DNA from: Clostridia bacterium
GTDB lineage: Bacteria > Bacillota > Clostridia > Christensenellales > CAG-138
Direction: 5' to 3'
Assembly (NCBI GenBank): GCA_045603585.1
Contig: JAZUMK010000027.1
Coordinates: forward strand, 17,422-81,421
Length of the DNA: 64,000 nucleotides
Positions within the stretch are counted from its first letter, which is position 1. Each line of letters starts with the position of its first letter. The position numbers were made by a program, and so were the translations under genes. A model generated the notes under the pieces. That model had not been told where the DNA came from and searched no databases. It worked only from the letters and a program-made list of their open reading frames with translations. This document shows, piece after piece, positions 44,491 to 59,169 of the stretch.

Positions 44491-46749
44491 TCACAGCATG
44501 TCTCCCGGGTTAAGCTCCAGCGAGCAGAAGTATTCCGAGCGATGATCGTTTGCATAGGAATATATGTTTTCGATCACTTTGGGTGTGTGCTTTGTTCGGG
44601 CAAGCTTCAGCAATATCTGCTTTCGGTATTGCCCCTGCTTTCTCTTTATAGGTGCATCGCCGCATGTCATAAACAGCAGCTCCCTGTCATCTGCCCCCTG
44701 CTGCTTAAGGGCATCAATGATTGTACTGTGCAGTCCCCGGGCAAAGCTTTCTGCCGCTTCTGCAAGGGGTGCATTATCCCCATGCATAAACAAAGCCCTT
44801 ATAAACAGTGAATAAGGCGGAAACAGCGCCGCTCTGCGCATAGCTATCTCATAATCAAAAAAGCCCTTGTAGTCATGCTTTGATGCAAGCACTATGGCAG
44901 GGTGATCCGGATTGTAAGTTTGAACGATCACCCGTCCGTTTCCTGCGGCCCGGCCTGCCCTGCCTGCCACCTGTGTCAGCAGCTGGAACGAGCGTTCGCA
45001 GCTTCGGTAATCAGGTATATGCAGCGACGCATCCGCCGCAATAACTCCCACAACCGATACCCCGGGCATATCCAGTCCCTTCGCAACCATTTGGGTGCCT
45101 ATAAGCACCTGAGCTTCTCCCTTTGCAAAGCGGGATAAAATATTGTAATGGGCGTCCTTTGTGTGGGTAGTATCCGCATCCATCCTGAGGCAGGTAACTT
45201 CTGGGAAGCTTTGATTCAGCTGCTCCTCCACCTGCTGAGTTCCTATGCCAAAGAACTTTATATAGGGTTTACCGCATTCGGGGCAAACCTTCGGAATAGG
45301 CTTTACACTGCCGCAATAGTGACACTTCATGGAGTTTTCCAGCTTATGATAAGTCATGGAAACATCGCAATTGTCGCACTTGAAAACATAGCCGCAGCCA
45401 CGACATGATACAAAGGTGGAGTAACCCCTGCGATTCATAAAGAGGATGGCCTGTTCGCCCCTATCAAAGCAATTTTTAAGCGCATCATAAAGGGGAGCGC
45501 TGAATATGCCTGTATTTCCGGCAGCAAATTCATCGCGCATATCTGCAATTTCCACTTCAGGCATTGGCAGATTATTCACTCTGCCGGGCATTTCCAGCAG
45601 AGTATACTTGCCCTTTGTTGCCCTGAGATAGCTTGCAATGGAAGGAGTTGCGCTGCCCAGAAGCAACGTGCCTCCGTTCAGCCTGCATCTCTGCCTTGCC
45701 ACCTCTATGGCGTTATATCTGGGGGTCATTTCTGAGGAATATGACTGTTCGTGTTCCTCATCCACCACTATGAGCCTGATATTTTCAAGGGGGGCAAATA
45801 CCGCGCTCCTGGCCCCCAGCACGACCTTCGCCTTACCAAGGCGTATCCTGCGCCATTCATCATAACGCTCGCCCGGAGAAAGGCGGCTGTGCAGCACAGC
45901 AACGCTGTTGCCGAATCTTCCGCGGAATCTGTCCATGGCCTGCGGAGTAAGGGAAATTTCCGGCACCAGCACTATTGCGGTCCCGCCCATCTCCAATGCC
46001 TTTGCGATGGCCTGCATATACACTTCGGTTTTGCCTGAACCCGTTACGCCATGCAGCAAAAACTCACCGCGTCCCTGTTCCATTGCAGCCGAAACTGCAT
46101 CCAGCGCTCCCTGCTGCTGCAAAGATAAAGGCAACGGCAGCGTCTTTGGTATATCGTGATTTGCATACGGATTGCGGTATGTCTCTCTGCCTATTTCAAC
46201 AATATATCCCTTCTGCAGCAGCGCTCTTATTGCAGCTGCCGCGCCGGGTATAAATGCGCATATATCGCCTGTACTCATCTCCATGCCGGATTCGGCAAGG
46301 AGAGTATATACCTCGTGCTGCCTTGGGGACTTGGGCGTTCCGTCCTTTTTCAGCATTGCCGAAAGGGCCTGCTCCGGCTCAATGCTGCTGTTTACCTTTA
46401 TGGTGCGTATTGTCTTTTCCTTTACCCTGCCGCCTCTTAGCTGCGCAGGTATCATCAGCCGCAGCGCATCCACAAGTATACAGTTGTAGCTTTGTTTTAT
46501 CCAATACGCAAGCTGTATCTGCTCAGGAGTAAGCACAGTATACGGTTCCATGGGACGAATAATGGACTTAAGGGAAATATTGCCCTCGTAGCTGTCGCTT
46601 ATTCCCAATACAAATCCCTCAATGGCCTTATTGCCCGCGCCAAAGGGGACCAGCACACGCTGACCCACCATGATATTATCATCCGCCCTGTAGGTAAACA
46701 GCCTGTCCACGCTGCTATGGGCTATGTCAACAATCACCTGCGCAAACAA
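44491..46749 (-). CDS. priA: Primosomal protein N' (replication restart helicase PriA)
   Basis: 752 aa with Walker A GVTGSGKTE, DEEH and a Cys-rich zinc-binding insertion (CRGCGYVFKCDNCD...CHYCG...CPECG). Confidence 0.95.
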   Translation of the reverse strand: MFAQVIVDIAHSSVDRLFTYRADDNIMVGQRVLVPFGAGNKAIEGFVLGISDSYEGNISLKSIIRPMEPYTVLTPEQIQLAYWIKQSYNCILVDALRLMIPAQLRGGRVKEKTIRTIKVNSSIEPEQALSAMLKKDGTPKSPRQHEVYTLLAESGMEMSTGDICAFIPGAAAAIRALLQKGYIVEIGRETYRNPYANHDIPKTLPLPLSLQQQGALDAVSAAMEQGRGEFLLHGVTGSGKTEVYMQAIAKALEMGGTAIVLVPEISLTPQAMDRFRGRFGNSVAVLHSRLSPGERYDEWRRIRLGKAKVVLGARSAVFAPLENIRLIVVDEEHEQSYSSEMTPRYNAIEVARQRCRLNGGTLLLGSATPSIASYLRATKGKYTLLEMPGRVNNLPMPEVEIADMRDEFAAGNTGIFSAPLYDALKNCFDRGEQAILFMNRRGYSTFVSCRGCGYVFKCDNCDVSMTYHKLENSMKCHYCGSVKPIPKVCPECGKPYIKFFGIGTQQVEEQLNQSFPEVTCLRMDADTTHTKDAHYNILSRFAKGEAQVLIGTQMVAKGLDMPGVSVVGVIAADASLHIPDYRSCERSFQLLTQVAGRAGRAAGNGRVIVQTYNPDHPAIVLASKHDYKGFFDYEIAMRRAALFPPYSLFIRALFMHGDNAPLAEAAESFARGLHSTIIDALKQQGADDRELLFMTCGDAPIKRKQGQYRKQILLKLARTKHTPKVIENIYSYANDHRSEYFCSLELNPGDML

Positions 46750-46784
46750 TTTATAAATACTCTCCTGAAATACCGTGGTTTCAA

Positions 46785-46816
46785 TAAAAAACTTGGGAGA
46801 AGCCTGAACCTCTCCC
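46785..46816 (-). terminator. Probable terminator after coaBC
   Basis: Minus strand GGGAGA-ggttcaggct-TCTCCC followed by AAGTTTTTTATT. Confidence 0.55.
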
Positions 46817-46824
46817 TGTTAATG

Positions 46825-48000
46825 CTATTTCATAAGCCTATCCAGCAGCCAGTCCGCCGCATCGCGCTTTGTCAGCTTTCCGCTATGTTCTTCAGAGCCG
46901 TCTGCTCCATATAGGGTAATTATATTGGTATCCACTCCAAAGCCCGCACCCTCGGCAGTAACGTCATTGGCAGCAATAAAGTCAAGATTCTTTGCGCTGA
47001 GCTTCTTTAATGCATTCTGCTGAAGATTCTCTGTTTCTGCGGCAAAGCCCATCACCTTGCGGCTGCCCTTGTTGGGAGCAACGGTCTTGAGAATATCCCT
47101 TGTGGAGGTAAGCTCAAGGGTCATGCCTGTGCCCTGCTTTTTAATTTTTTCGGATGCAGTGATTACAGGGGTAAAATCAGCGGGAGCCGCCGCCATGATC
47201 AGAATATCGCAATGCTCAAACTGCTCGATTACCGTATCGCAAAGCTCTCCGGAGGAAACTATGTCAATTCGCTTTACTCCTTCAGGTGTTTTAAGGTTTA
47301 CGGGACCGCTTATGAGGGTAACCTCGGCGCCGCGCTCCGCAGCGGCTTCTGCTATTGCATAGCCCATCTTGCCTGAAGAATGATTGGTAATATAACGAAC
47401 CGGGTCTATTGCCTCGCGGGTAGGTCCTGCCGTTACCAATACCTTTACGCCTTCCATATCGCGGCGCACGTTGAGCTTGTTTATAACGGCATCGATTATA
47501 TCCTGTACATCTGCCAGCTTGCCAACGCCCTCATCTCCGCAGGCAAGGTGTCCTACGGCAGGCTGAATAAACTCACATCCACGCCCTCTTAGCACCTCCA
47601 TATTCTGCTGAACGGCAGAATTGAGGTACATATTGGAATTCATGGCAGGAGCGATGAGTATGGGGGCTTTTGTGGCCATTACGGTTGTGGTCAGCATATC
47701 GTCCGCAATGCCGGATGCCATCTTGCCGATAAAATTAGCCGTGGCAGGAGCGATAAGGAACATGTCTGCAAGCTTTGCCAGAGCAATATGCTCAACTTCC
47801 CATGGATTTTCCCTATTGAACATATCCACCACAACGGGGTTATTGCTCATGGTTTCAAGAGCGAGAGGAGTTATTATTTCCGCGCCTGCCTTTGTAAGAA
47901 TGACGCGCACATCAACGCCCTTCTTGCGAAGGCCGCTGACGATATCGCATGCCTTATAGGCCGCGATGGACCCTGTTACTCCCATCACCACATGCTTCAT
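46825..48000 (-). CDS. coaBC: Bifunctional phosphopantothenoylcysteine decarboxylase / phosphopantothenate--cysteine ligase
   Basis: 391 aa with an N-terminal flavoprotein domain (GVTGSIAAYK, PAMN) and a C-terminal DFP domain (ITNHSSGKMG). Confidence 0.95.
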   Translation of the reverse strand: MKHVVMGVTGSIAAYKACDIVSGLRKKGVDVRVILTKAGAEIITPLALETMSNNPVVVDMFNRENPWEVEHIALAKLADMFLIAPATANFIGKMASGIADDMLTTTVMATKAPILIAPAMNSNMYLNSAVQQNMEVLRGRGCEFIQPAVGHLACGDEGVGKLADVQDIIDAVINKLNVRRDMEGVKVLVTAGPTREAIDPVRYITNHSSGKMGYAIAEAAAERGAEVTLISGPVNLKTPEGVKRIDIVSSGELCDTVIEQFEHCDILIMAAAPADFTPVITASEKIKKQGTGMTLELTSTRDILKTVAPNKGSRKVMGFAAETENLQQNALKKLSAKNLDFIAANDVTAEGAGFGVDTNIITLYGADGSEEHSGKLTKRDAADWLLDRLMK

Positions 48001-48200
48001 TATTTTGCTTGCTCCTCAGGCACAAAAACTTCCAGCTTATCGTTGAACAGCTCATCAACGGCGGTGGAAACAGGCTTGCGATCGTCCAGCTTTTCGGGGT
48101 CTTCCATCAGCTGACGGGCGCGCCTTGCAACGGCGGTAACCAGCATATAGCGGCAGCCTACTTTATCCTGCAATTCTGTAAGAGGAGGATAGTTCATCAT
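48000..48200 (-). CDS. rpoZ: DNA-directed RNA polymerase subunit omega
   Basis: 66 aa with RYMLVTAVARRARQL. It sits between gmk and coaBC, as in Firmicutes. Confidence 0.9.
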   Translation of the reverse strand: MMNYPPLTELQDKVGCRYMLVTAVARRARQLMEDPEKLDDRKPVSTAVDELFNDKLEVFVPEEQAK

Positions 48201-48203
48201 GGT

Positions 48204-48818
48204 TTATATTTCTCCTTTAAGTTGGTTAATGAATTCAGCGTTATTTGCAACGCGGCTGTGCTCTGCAGATATAATGCTCTGTACCTGGCCTACCGCCTTG
48301 TCAAGATTGTCATTTACAATGATATAATCGTACTGCTCTGCAAGAGCTATTTCGCGAATGGCCTCGCCAAATCGCCTTGCAACAGACTCGGGCGTCTCGG
48401 TGCCGCGGCCCACAAGCCGATTGCGCAGGGTATCCATATCGGGAGGGGCTATAAATATCATTACTGCATCTGCGCACTTTTCCTTTACCTTAAGGGCACC
48501 CTTTACGTCAATTTCAAGAATAACGTCATAACCCAGATTGCGCTGCTCTTCAACATAGCTCTTGGGAGTGCCGTAGTGGTTCTTACCGAATACACACATG
48601 TATTCCAGGAAGGCATCTTCTTCCACCATCCGCATAAATTCTTCCTCAGTACGGAAGAAATAGCTTACGCCCTCGGTTTCACCCGGGCGGGGCTGACGAG
48701 TGGTAACAGATACGGACATTTTAATATTATCCCGCTCTGACATGAGCTTGGAGCAGATGGTTCCCTTGCCTACGCCGGAAGGACCGGATATTACAAGAAG
48801 CTGGCCTTTGCTGGTCAT
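48204..48818 (-). CDS. gmk: Guanylate kinase
   Basis: P-loop SGPSGVGKGT and the TTRQPRPGE motif. Confidence 0.95.
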   Translation of the reverse strand: MTSKGQLLVISGPSGVGKGTICSKLMSERDNIKMSVSVTTRQPRPGETEGVSYFFRTEEEFMRMVEEDAFLEYMCVFGKNHYGTPKSYVEEQRNLGYDVILEIDVKGALKVKEKCADAVMIFIAPPDMDTLRNRLVGRGTETPESVARRFGEAIREIALAEQYDYIIVNDNLDKAVGQVQSIISAEHSRVANNAEFINQLKGEI

Positions 48819-48835
48819 ATGGAAAACCTCCGATT

Positions 48836-49090
48836 TTATTCTGAATCGCTGTCTGCCATCACTCGGGACGCAACCGTCTCGGACTGAAGGGCAGAAAGAA
48901 CTATATGCATGCTGTCCATTACTATAACGGCTCTGGTACGTCTGCCGTGGGTCGCATCCACCAGCCTGCCCTTTTCGCGGGCCTCCTGCACCATGCGCTT
49001 TGCAGGCGCGCTGTCCGGAGAAATGATGGATACTATCCTTGTGGATGCCACAATGTTGCCAAAGCCAACATTTACCAGCCTAACTGACAT
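48836..49090 (-). CDS. remA: RemA/YlzA (DUF370) family regulator
   Basis: 84 aa, [53 protein letters not shown]. It lies between yicC and gmk, as in B. subtilis. Confidence 0.88.
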   Translation of the reverse strand: MSVRLVNVGFGNIVASTRIVSIISPDSAPAKRMVQEAREKGRLVDATHGRRTRAVIVMDSMHIVLSALQSETVASRVMADSDSE

Positions 49091-49101
49091 TTTATCTCCT
49101 C

Positions 49102-49980
49102 TTATTCTATATTCTGAACCTGTTCGCGGATCTTTTCTATCTCGCCCTTGCCGGCAATTACAAAGTTGACTATGTCGCCGTCATTTGCCTTGGAGCCGAT
49201 AGTATTAAACTCGCGGTTCATCTCCTGAACGATAAAGTCCAGCTTGCGGCCCGCAGGCTCTGTGCCATCCAACATCGCCTTGAACTGGGTAACGTGGCTG
49301 CCCAAACGGACTATTTCTTCATCTATGCCGGCCTTATCCGCAAAGAGAGCCACTTCTGTTGCAAGGCGAACCTTGTCCACATCCACTGCACCAAGAAGCT
49401 TTTCAATGCGCTCATTGAGCTTTATGCGATATTCTTCAACTACCTGAGGTGCCCTTTCGGCAATATTTGCAGCGATGGCCTCCACTGCTGCACATTTGCC
49501 GTACAGATCCTCATAAAGCTTTGCGCCTTCCTTTGCGCGCATGGCTTTAAGCTCCTGGCAGGCTGCTCTGCATGCTTCTCCAGCAATGCGGCAAACCTCT
49601 TCCCTGTCCTCATCTGCTTCCACTATTTCGGTAACATCCGGCAGGCGAAGGGCAGAGCTCAGGCCGATATCGTCACGCAGGCCAAAAGTTGCAGCGGCTT
49701 CACGGGCAGCGGTGAGATATTCTCCCAGCAGATTCATATCCACAGCTACCTTGCGGGCATCGTCGCGGTTGTTGCGATAGAATACGAAAACATCCACGTG
49801 CCCACGGCTAAGCTCGGAAGAAATCACGCCGCGGAGAGTATCTTCGATAAAGTTTATAGCACGGGGCATCCTGAAACCAATATCCAGATACCTGTGATTT
49901 ACGCTCTTTAATTCAACTGTTATTTCACGGCCCTCATGCTCAATGGCATAGCGGCCGAATCCTGTCATGCTGTTTACCAC
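49102..49980 (-). CDS. yicC: YicC/YloC-family endoribonuclease
   Basis: GTG start with GGAGG 6 nt upstream. The sequence shows [10 protein letters not shown]...[11 protein letters not shown] and a C-terminal DUF1732 motif ([15 protein letters not shown]). Confidence 0.9.
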   Translation of the reverse strand: MVNSMTGFGRYAIEHEGREITVELKSVNHRYLDIGFRMPRAINFIEDTLRGVISSELSRGHVDVFVFYRNNRDDARKVAVDMNLLGEYLTAAREAAATFGLRDDIGLSSALRLPDVTEIVEADEDREEVCRIAGEACRAACQELKAMRAKEGAKLYEDLYGKCAAVEAIAANIAERAPQVVEEYRIKLNERIEKLLGAVDVDKVRLATEVALFADKAGIDEEIVRLGSHVTQFKAMLDGTEPAGRKLDFIVQEMNREFNTIGSKANDGDIVNFVIAGKGEIEKIREQVQNIE

Positions 49981-50013
49981 GGTGAACCTCCACAGTGCAT
50001 TTCCAATTTAAAT

Positions 50014-50043
50014 ATTATATCATATTTCGCTGTTTTTTTACAA
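50014..50043 (-). promoter_or_regulatory. Putative promoter of the yicC-remA-gmk-rpoZ-coaBC operon (TTGTAA-N18-TGaTATAAT)
   Basis: Minus strand -35 at 50043-50038 and extended -10 at 50022-50014. Confidence 0.5.
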
Positions 50044-50067
50044 TATAAACGGGGCTTTTGCCGTTAG

Positions 50068-51030
50068 CTAAAACATGCGGTAAAGCTCATCCGCCTCGGG
50101 GGGGAGTATCTCTTCGCCCTTGTCCGTTCTGACGCCTTCGCCGCCCGCCCTGCCTATAACGGCAGCGGGTATGCCGATCTCCGCAAGCCCCTTTACCATG
50201 GTCTCACCATCGGGACAGGCCACCAGCATGCTGCCGCTGGAAAGCAGACGGAATCTGTCAAGGCCGCAATTATCGCACACCTTAACCGTTATGGGATGGA
50301 AGGGCACCTTATCCGGCCATATTTCCATGCCGCATCCGGAAGCCTCAGACATTTCCCATGCGGCACCGTATATACCGCCCTCGGTAATGTCATGCATGGC
50401 AGTTGCGCCGTTATCCGCGCAAAAAAGGCCTTCCTTCACCACGCTGACATTGCTCATAAAGCCGCGGGCCTGTTCCAGTTCGGATTCTGTAAGGCCTGTT
50501 TTTTCAGGGAAATCGGAAGCTATTACCGCTGTGCCTTCAATGCCGCCGCCCTTGGTCATAAGAATATAGTCCCCCTCCTTCATGCCGTTGGGGGCGATTA
50601 TGCCGTTTTTGCCAGCTCTTGCTATAACAGTCGCGCAGGTAACCATGCGATTAACGGCTGCGGTAACCTCTGTATGCCCTCCGATTATCTCAATATTAGC
50701 AAGGCGAGCCGCCTCTGCAAGCTCATCTGCAACTCTGTCTATATCCTCTTCGGTACTGCTGGGAGGTATAAGCAATGTGACCAGGATACCAATAGGTTCT
50801 GCTCCTGCCGCCGCCGCATCGTTGCAGCTCACATGTACGGTAAGGCTGCCTAAATTCTTATCCGCAGAGGTTATTGGGTCAGTGGACAATACCGCTATCC
50901 TTCCGCCAAGATCCACCGCTGCACAGTCCACGCCCACATGGGGTGAACAGACAACTTCTTCACGGGTGTGGGAAAATTTGGAAAGTATAAGGTTTTCCAG
51001 CTGTTGGTTTGTTAGTTTTCCCTGACGCAT
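50068..51030 (-). CDS. AIR synthase-related protein (PurM/ThiL/HypE superfamily), function unknown
   Basis: 320 aa with N-terminal VGVDCAAVDL...STDPIT and a GGHTEVT motif. The start lies 3 nt after the ligA stop. Confidence 0.75.
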   Translation of the reverse strand: MRQGKLTNQQLENLILSKFSHTREEVVCSPHVGVDCAAVDLGGRIAVLSTDPITSADKNLGSLTVHVSCNDAAAAGAEPIGILVTLLIPPSSTEEDIDRVADELAEAARLANIEIIGGHTEVTAAVNRMVTCATVIARAGKNGIIAPNGMKEGDYILMTKGGGIEGTAVIASDFPEKTGLTESELEQARGFMSNVSVVKEGLFCADNGATAMHDITEGGIYGAAWEMSEASGCGMEIWPDKVPFHPITVKVCDNCGLDRFRLLSSGSMLVACPDGETMVKGLAEIGIPAAVIGRAGGEGVRTDKGEEILPPEADELYRMF

Positions 51031-51033
51031 CTT

Positions 51034-55291
<4,258 letters not shown>

Positions 55292-55389
55292 TTGATTTAT
55301 CTCCGATAAAGCTTATTGCCGCATATTTTTACATATACATTTTACCACATATTGCGGTCAAGCAAAAGCCATAGGATAAATATAGATAC

Positions 55390-55417
55390 AAAAAGAGCCA
55401 CCCTTTTCGGATGGCCC
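55390..55417 (-). terminator. Rho-independent terminator ending the pheST operon
   Basis: Minus strand GGGCCATCC-gaaaa-GGGTGGCTC followed by TTTTTGTATC. Confidence 0.7.
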
Positions 55418-55432
55418 TTTGATTTGGTTTGA

Positions 55433-55690
55433 TCAGTAGTTTACCAGCTCCAGCAGCTGCACACAGCCCGCAATGAGATTGAGCGCAGCAGCAAAATACA
55501 GAAGAGGTACCAGCCCGCGCTTAGCGTTGCCTGCATCTCTGAGGCTAAGGGCAAACAGCAGCAATGCTGCGCCGAGGCAAAGTGGGGACATGCCCTTTAT
55601 TCCCTTGCCGAAACCAAATTCCATAACGGTATTGGATACGGACATCAGCGCAAATACGATGCCGAAAAAGGATGTGCGATTATACTGCAT
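55433..55690 (-). CDS. Hypothetical 85-aa membrane protein (3 predicted TM segments)
   Basis: AGGAGG lies 5 nt upstream of the ATG, directly after the pheT stop (TAA-AGGAGG-AAGAT-ATG). Hydrophobic segments are FFGIVFALMSV, LCLGAALLLFALSL and LLYFAAALNLIAGCV. Confidence 0.6.
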   Translation of the reverse strand: MQYNRTSFFGIVFALMSVSNTVMEFGFGKGIKGMSPLCLGAALLLFALSLRDAGNAKRGLVPLLYFAAALNLIAGCVQLLELVNY

Positions 55691-55701
55691 ATCTTCCTCC
55701 T

Positions 55702-58107
55702 TTATGCTCTAAGGTCTGCATCAAGAGTTTCCTTGAGTGTGCGGATTATAGTGTTCATGGCGTCGGTAATATCCTCATCGGTAAGAGTGCGGTCTTCCGC
55801 ACGAACGGTGTAGGAATATGCCATGCTCTTCTTACCTTCAGCGATACCGGTTCCGCGATATACGTCAAACAGCTCAACATTTTCAAGCAGAACCTTTACA
55901 GGGGCAGACTTGATTGCGGCCGCTACCTGTGCGGAGGTTACGCTTTCATCCACCACAACGGCTATATCGCGGGGAACAGTAGGATACTTGGGTATAGCTT
56001 TATAGGTCTTGCCGTTTTCACGCAGTTCAAACAGCTTCTGTACGGACAGCTCTGCCGCATATGCTGCCTGAGGTACGCCGAAGGCCTTGCGGGTTTCAGG
56101 ATGAACAGCGCCCATCTCGCCTATTACCTGACCGTCAACCTTGATAAGGGCCTTCTGGCCGGGCTGGAAGAACTCGCTGCCGCCGGGCACATACTCAGCA
56201 CGCTCGCCAATGCCCAGCTTGCGCAGCAGATACTCAACCATTCCCTTCAGAGTGAAGAAGTTTTCTTCAGCGCCGCTGAATATGATACCAAGCATCTTGC
56301 GCTCTTCCGGCAGATCGGGGTTGTTGTCTATATGAACATTGCCCACCTCGAAGAACCTGCCATGGCCGGTCTTGCGGTTGCAGTTGAGGGCTACAGTGTT
56401 CAGCATACCTGCCATGAGAGTGGTACGCATAAGGCTCTGATCCTCGCCGAAGGGATTCATCAGCTTAACTGCCATACGCTTTTCGTCTCCCTCAGGAATG
56501 CGCAGCGCATTAAGGGCAGCGGGGCCGGTGAAGTTGTAATTGTACATTTCATAGCAGCCCATTGCCACACACATATCCTTGACCTGATCTTCGTGGCGGG
56601 TCTCGGGACTGAGGCAGCCGCGGAAGGTATCGCCCTGCATAAGGGTGGGCTCGATGTTATAGTAACCGTATACCCTTGCGATTTCCTCTGCGATATCCCA
56701 ATCGGACTCTATGCTGCTCTCGATATCCACGCGATAATGAGGCACTGTAACGACCAGGACATCCCCATCGACCTTTGCGCTGATATTAAGGGTATCCAGC
56801 ATCTTTACCATATCTTCAGCGGAGATATCGGTATTGAGGATGCGGTTTACATGATTCCAGTCAACGTTTATCACGCGCTCACTGATATCTGCGGCACATA
56901 CGTCGATATTGCCTCCGATAACAGTACCTGCGTCAAGCTCTGCAACCAGCTCAATGGCGCGATCTATTGCCAGCTGAGTATTAACAGGCTCTACGCCCTT
57001 AATATAACGTGATGCGGCATCGGTAACGTGATGCAGCTCGCGGGTGGTATGGCGGATGTTGCTGCCCTTGAACACTGCGCATTCAAAGAATACTGTCTTG
57101 GTATCCTCGGTAATTTCGGAGTTTTCTCCGCCCATTACGCCCGCAATGCCAACGCCCTTTGCAGGGTCAGCTATCAGCAGAACGTTGGGAGAAACAGTCC
57201 TCTCCTTGCCGTCCAGAGTCTTTACTACCTCGCCTTCCTTGCCGCGGCGGACGATGATCTGTCCGTCGGTGATGCAGGAAAAATCGAATGCATGCATGGG
57301 CTGGCCGTATTCGATCATAACGTAGTTGGTTATATCTACGATGTTATTGATGGGCCTGAGGCCAACGCTGCGAAGCCTCTTCTGCATCCATGCGGGAGAA
57401 GGAGCGATCCTGATATCCTTAACCACGCGACCGATGTATCTGGGGCAAAGGTCGGTATCCATTACCCGAACTGATGCGTATTCCTTTGCATCTCCCTCGC
57501 CCTCCACCTGCTTAATGGCAGGCTCGATGAACTTCTGGCCAAGAGCTGCGGCAGCTTCGCGGCACATGCCTATGATGCTGATGCAGTCTGCCCTGTTGGG
57601 AGTCAGCTCGATATCGAATACGATATCGTTAAGGCCAACGGCTTCCTGTATGGACTGACCAAGGGGCTGATTGTCCTTGAGGATGAGCAGGCCGTATACT
57701 TCCGCGCCGGGATAATCAGCCTCGGTAAGGCCCAGCTCCTGACCGGAGCAAAGCATACCGCAGCTTTCTACGCCGCGCATAACAGTGGAATGAATCACTA
57801 CGCCGCCGGGGAGAGTTGCGCCGTCCAATGCTACAGGCACCAGCGCACCTTCAAATATATTGGGAGCGCCGGTAACAAGGGTAAGATTTTCCTCCTTGCC
57901 GATGTTGACTTCGCATATCTTCAGCTTGTCTGCATTGGGATGCTGTTCAATCTTTTCGATGCGGCCCACAACTATGTTGCTTACGCCGGGCATCTCGTCA
58001 ATTATTTCAGCAATTTCAAAGCCGCGCCACATCATCAGTTCTACGAACTTTTCAGGGGTCACGTTGAAATCAACATATTCTTTTAACCACTTAAGGGGCA
58101 GTTTCAT
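55702..58107 (-). CDS. pheT: Phenylalanine--tRNA ligase beta subunit
   Basis: 801 aa starting MKLPLKWLKEYVD, with tRNA-binding, B3/B4, B5 and FDX-ACB domains. Confidence 0.97.
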   Translation of the reverse strand: MKLPLKWLKEYVDFNVTPEKFVELMMWRGFEIAEIIDEMPGVSNIVVGRIEKIEQHPNADKLKICEVNIGKEENLTLVTGAPNIFEGALVPVALDGATLPGGVVIHSTVMRGVESCGMLCSGQELGLTEADYPGAEVYGLLILKDNQPLGQSIQEAVGLNDIVFDIELTPNRADCISIIGMCREAAAALGQKFIEPAIKQVEGEGDAKEYASVRVMDTDLCPRYIGRVVKDIRIAPSPAWMQKRLRSVGLRPINNIVDITNYVMIEYGQPMHAFDFSCITDGQIIVRRGKEGEVVKTLDGKERTVSPNVLLIADPAKGVGIAGVMGGENSEITEDTKTVFFECAVFKGSNIRHTTRELHHVTDAASRYIKGVEPVNTQLAIDRAIELVAELDAGTVIGGNIDVCAADISERVINVDWNHVNRILNTDISAEDMVKMLDTLNISAKVDGDVLVVTVPHYRVDIESSIESDWDIAEEIARVYGYYNIEPTLMQGDTFRGCLSPETRHEDQVKDMCVAMGCYEMYNYNFTGPAALNALRIPEGDEKRMAVKLMNPFGEDQSLMRTTLMAGMLNTVALNCNRKTGHGRFFEVGNVHIDNNPDLPEERKMLGIIFSGAEENFFTLKGMVEYLLRKLGIGERAEYVPGGSEFFQPGQKALIKVDGQVIGEMGAVHPETRKAFGVPQAAYAAELSVQKLFELRENGKTYKAIPKYPTVPRDIAVVVDESVTSAQVAAAIKSAPVKVLLENVELFDVYRGTGIAEGKKSMAYSYTVRAEDRTLTDEDITDAMNTIIRTLKETLDADLRA

Positions 58108-58125
58108 AGTTATCTTACCTCCCTG

Positions 58126-59148
58126 TTAGAACTGCTTGAGGAAGCGGGCATCGTTCTCATACTCGAGACGGATATCCGTGATTCCATACTTAAGGCTTGC
58201 AATACGGTCTACGCCAAGGCCGAAAGCAAATGCCTTCCATTCCTTGGGATCAAGGCCGCAGTTTTCCAGCTCGTGGGGATTGGTAACGCCGCTGCCAAGT
58301 ATCTCCAGCCAGCCGGTGCCTTTGCACAGACGGCAGCCCTTGCCGCCGCAAAGGGTGCAGGATACGTCAACCTCGGCAGAAGGCTCCGTGAAGGGGAAAT
58401 AGCTGGGACGGAAACGCATCTTTACATCCTCACCGAATACTGCATGGATAAAGGTAAGCAGTGTGCCCTTAAGGTCTGCCAGGGTAATGTTCTTATCCAC
58501 AACAAAGCCTTCCATCTGCATAAATACAGGGCTATGGCTTGCGTCGACCTCGTCTACGCGGAATACACGGCCGGGCATGATAAGCCTGAAGGGAGGCTTA
58601 AGATTCAGCAGCGCGCGAGCTTCAAGGGGGGAAGTATGGGTACGCAGAACTACCTTGTCGTTTACATAGAAGGTATCCTGCATGTCGCGTGCGGGATGAT
58701 CCAGAGGCAGATTCAGCTTGGTGAAGTTGTAATCGTCATACTCCACCTCGGGGCCTTCGTAAGTGGTAAAGCCCATGCCCACCAGCGCATCGCGAATCTC
58801 GCGATAGGTCTGGGTCATAGGATGCAGATGACCTTCCGGCATGGAAATTTTACCGGGCTCGGTAACGTCTATGGCTTCCTTTGCAAAGCGCAGCTCCTGC
58901 ATCTTTGCGGCGATCTCAGCCTTGCGCTGATTAAGCTCTTTTTCCAGTTCCTTCTTTACGCTGTTTACCAGCTGACCAACGGCAGCACGCTCTTCCTTGC
59001 TGAGCTTGCCCATACCCTTGAGTATCTCGGTAAGAGAGCCGCTCTTGCCGAATACGGCGAGGTTTATGGCATCTATTGCCGCCTCGTCCTCTGCATTTTT
59101 CAGGCTTTCAAGGGTATTAAGCCTGATCTTTTCCAGAGTGTCCTTCAT
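58126..59148 (-). CDS. pheS: Phenylalanine--tRNA ligase alpha subunit
   Basis: Class II aaRS motifs (HPARDMQDTF, FRPSYFPFTEPS, GFAFGLGVDR). The track ORF begins at TTG 59166. ATG 59148 (MKDTLEKIRL) follows GGAGG and aligns with the usual PheS N-terminus. Confidence 0.96.
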   Translation of the reverse strand: MKDTLEKIRLNTLESLKNAEDEAAIDAINLAVFGKSGSLTEILKGMGKLSKEERAAVGQLVNSVKKELEKELNQRKAEIAAKMQELRFAKEAIDVTEPGKISMPEGHLHPMTQTYREIRDALVGMGFTTYEGPEVEYDDYNFTKLNLPLDHPARDMQDTFYVNDKVVLRTHTSPLEARALLNLKPPFRLIMPGRVFRVDEVDASHSPVFMQMEGFVVDKNITLADLKGTLLTFIHAVFGEDVKMRFRPSYFPFTEPSAEVDVSCTLCGGKGCRLCKGTGWLEILGSGVTNPHELENCGLDPKEWKAFAFGLGVDRIASLKYGITDIRLEYENDARFLKQF

Positions 59149-59169
59149 GGTTTTAAAATCCTCCAAATT

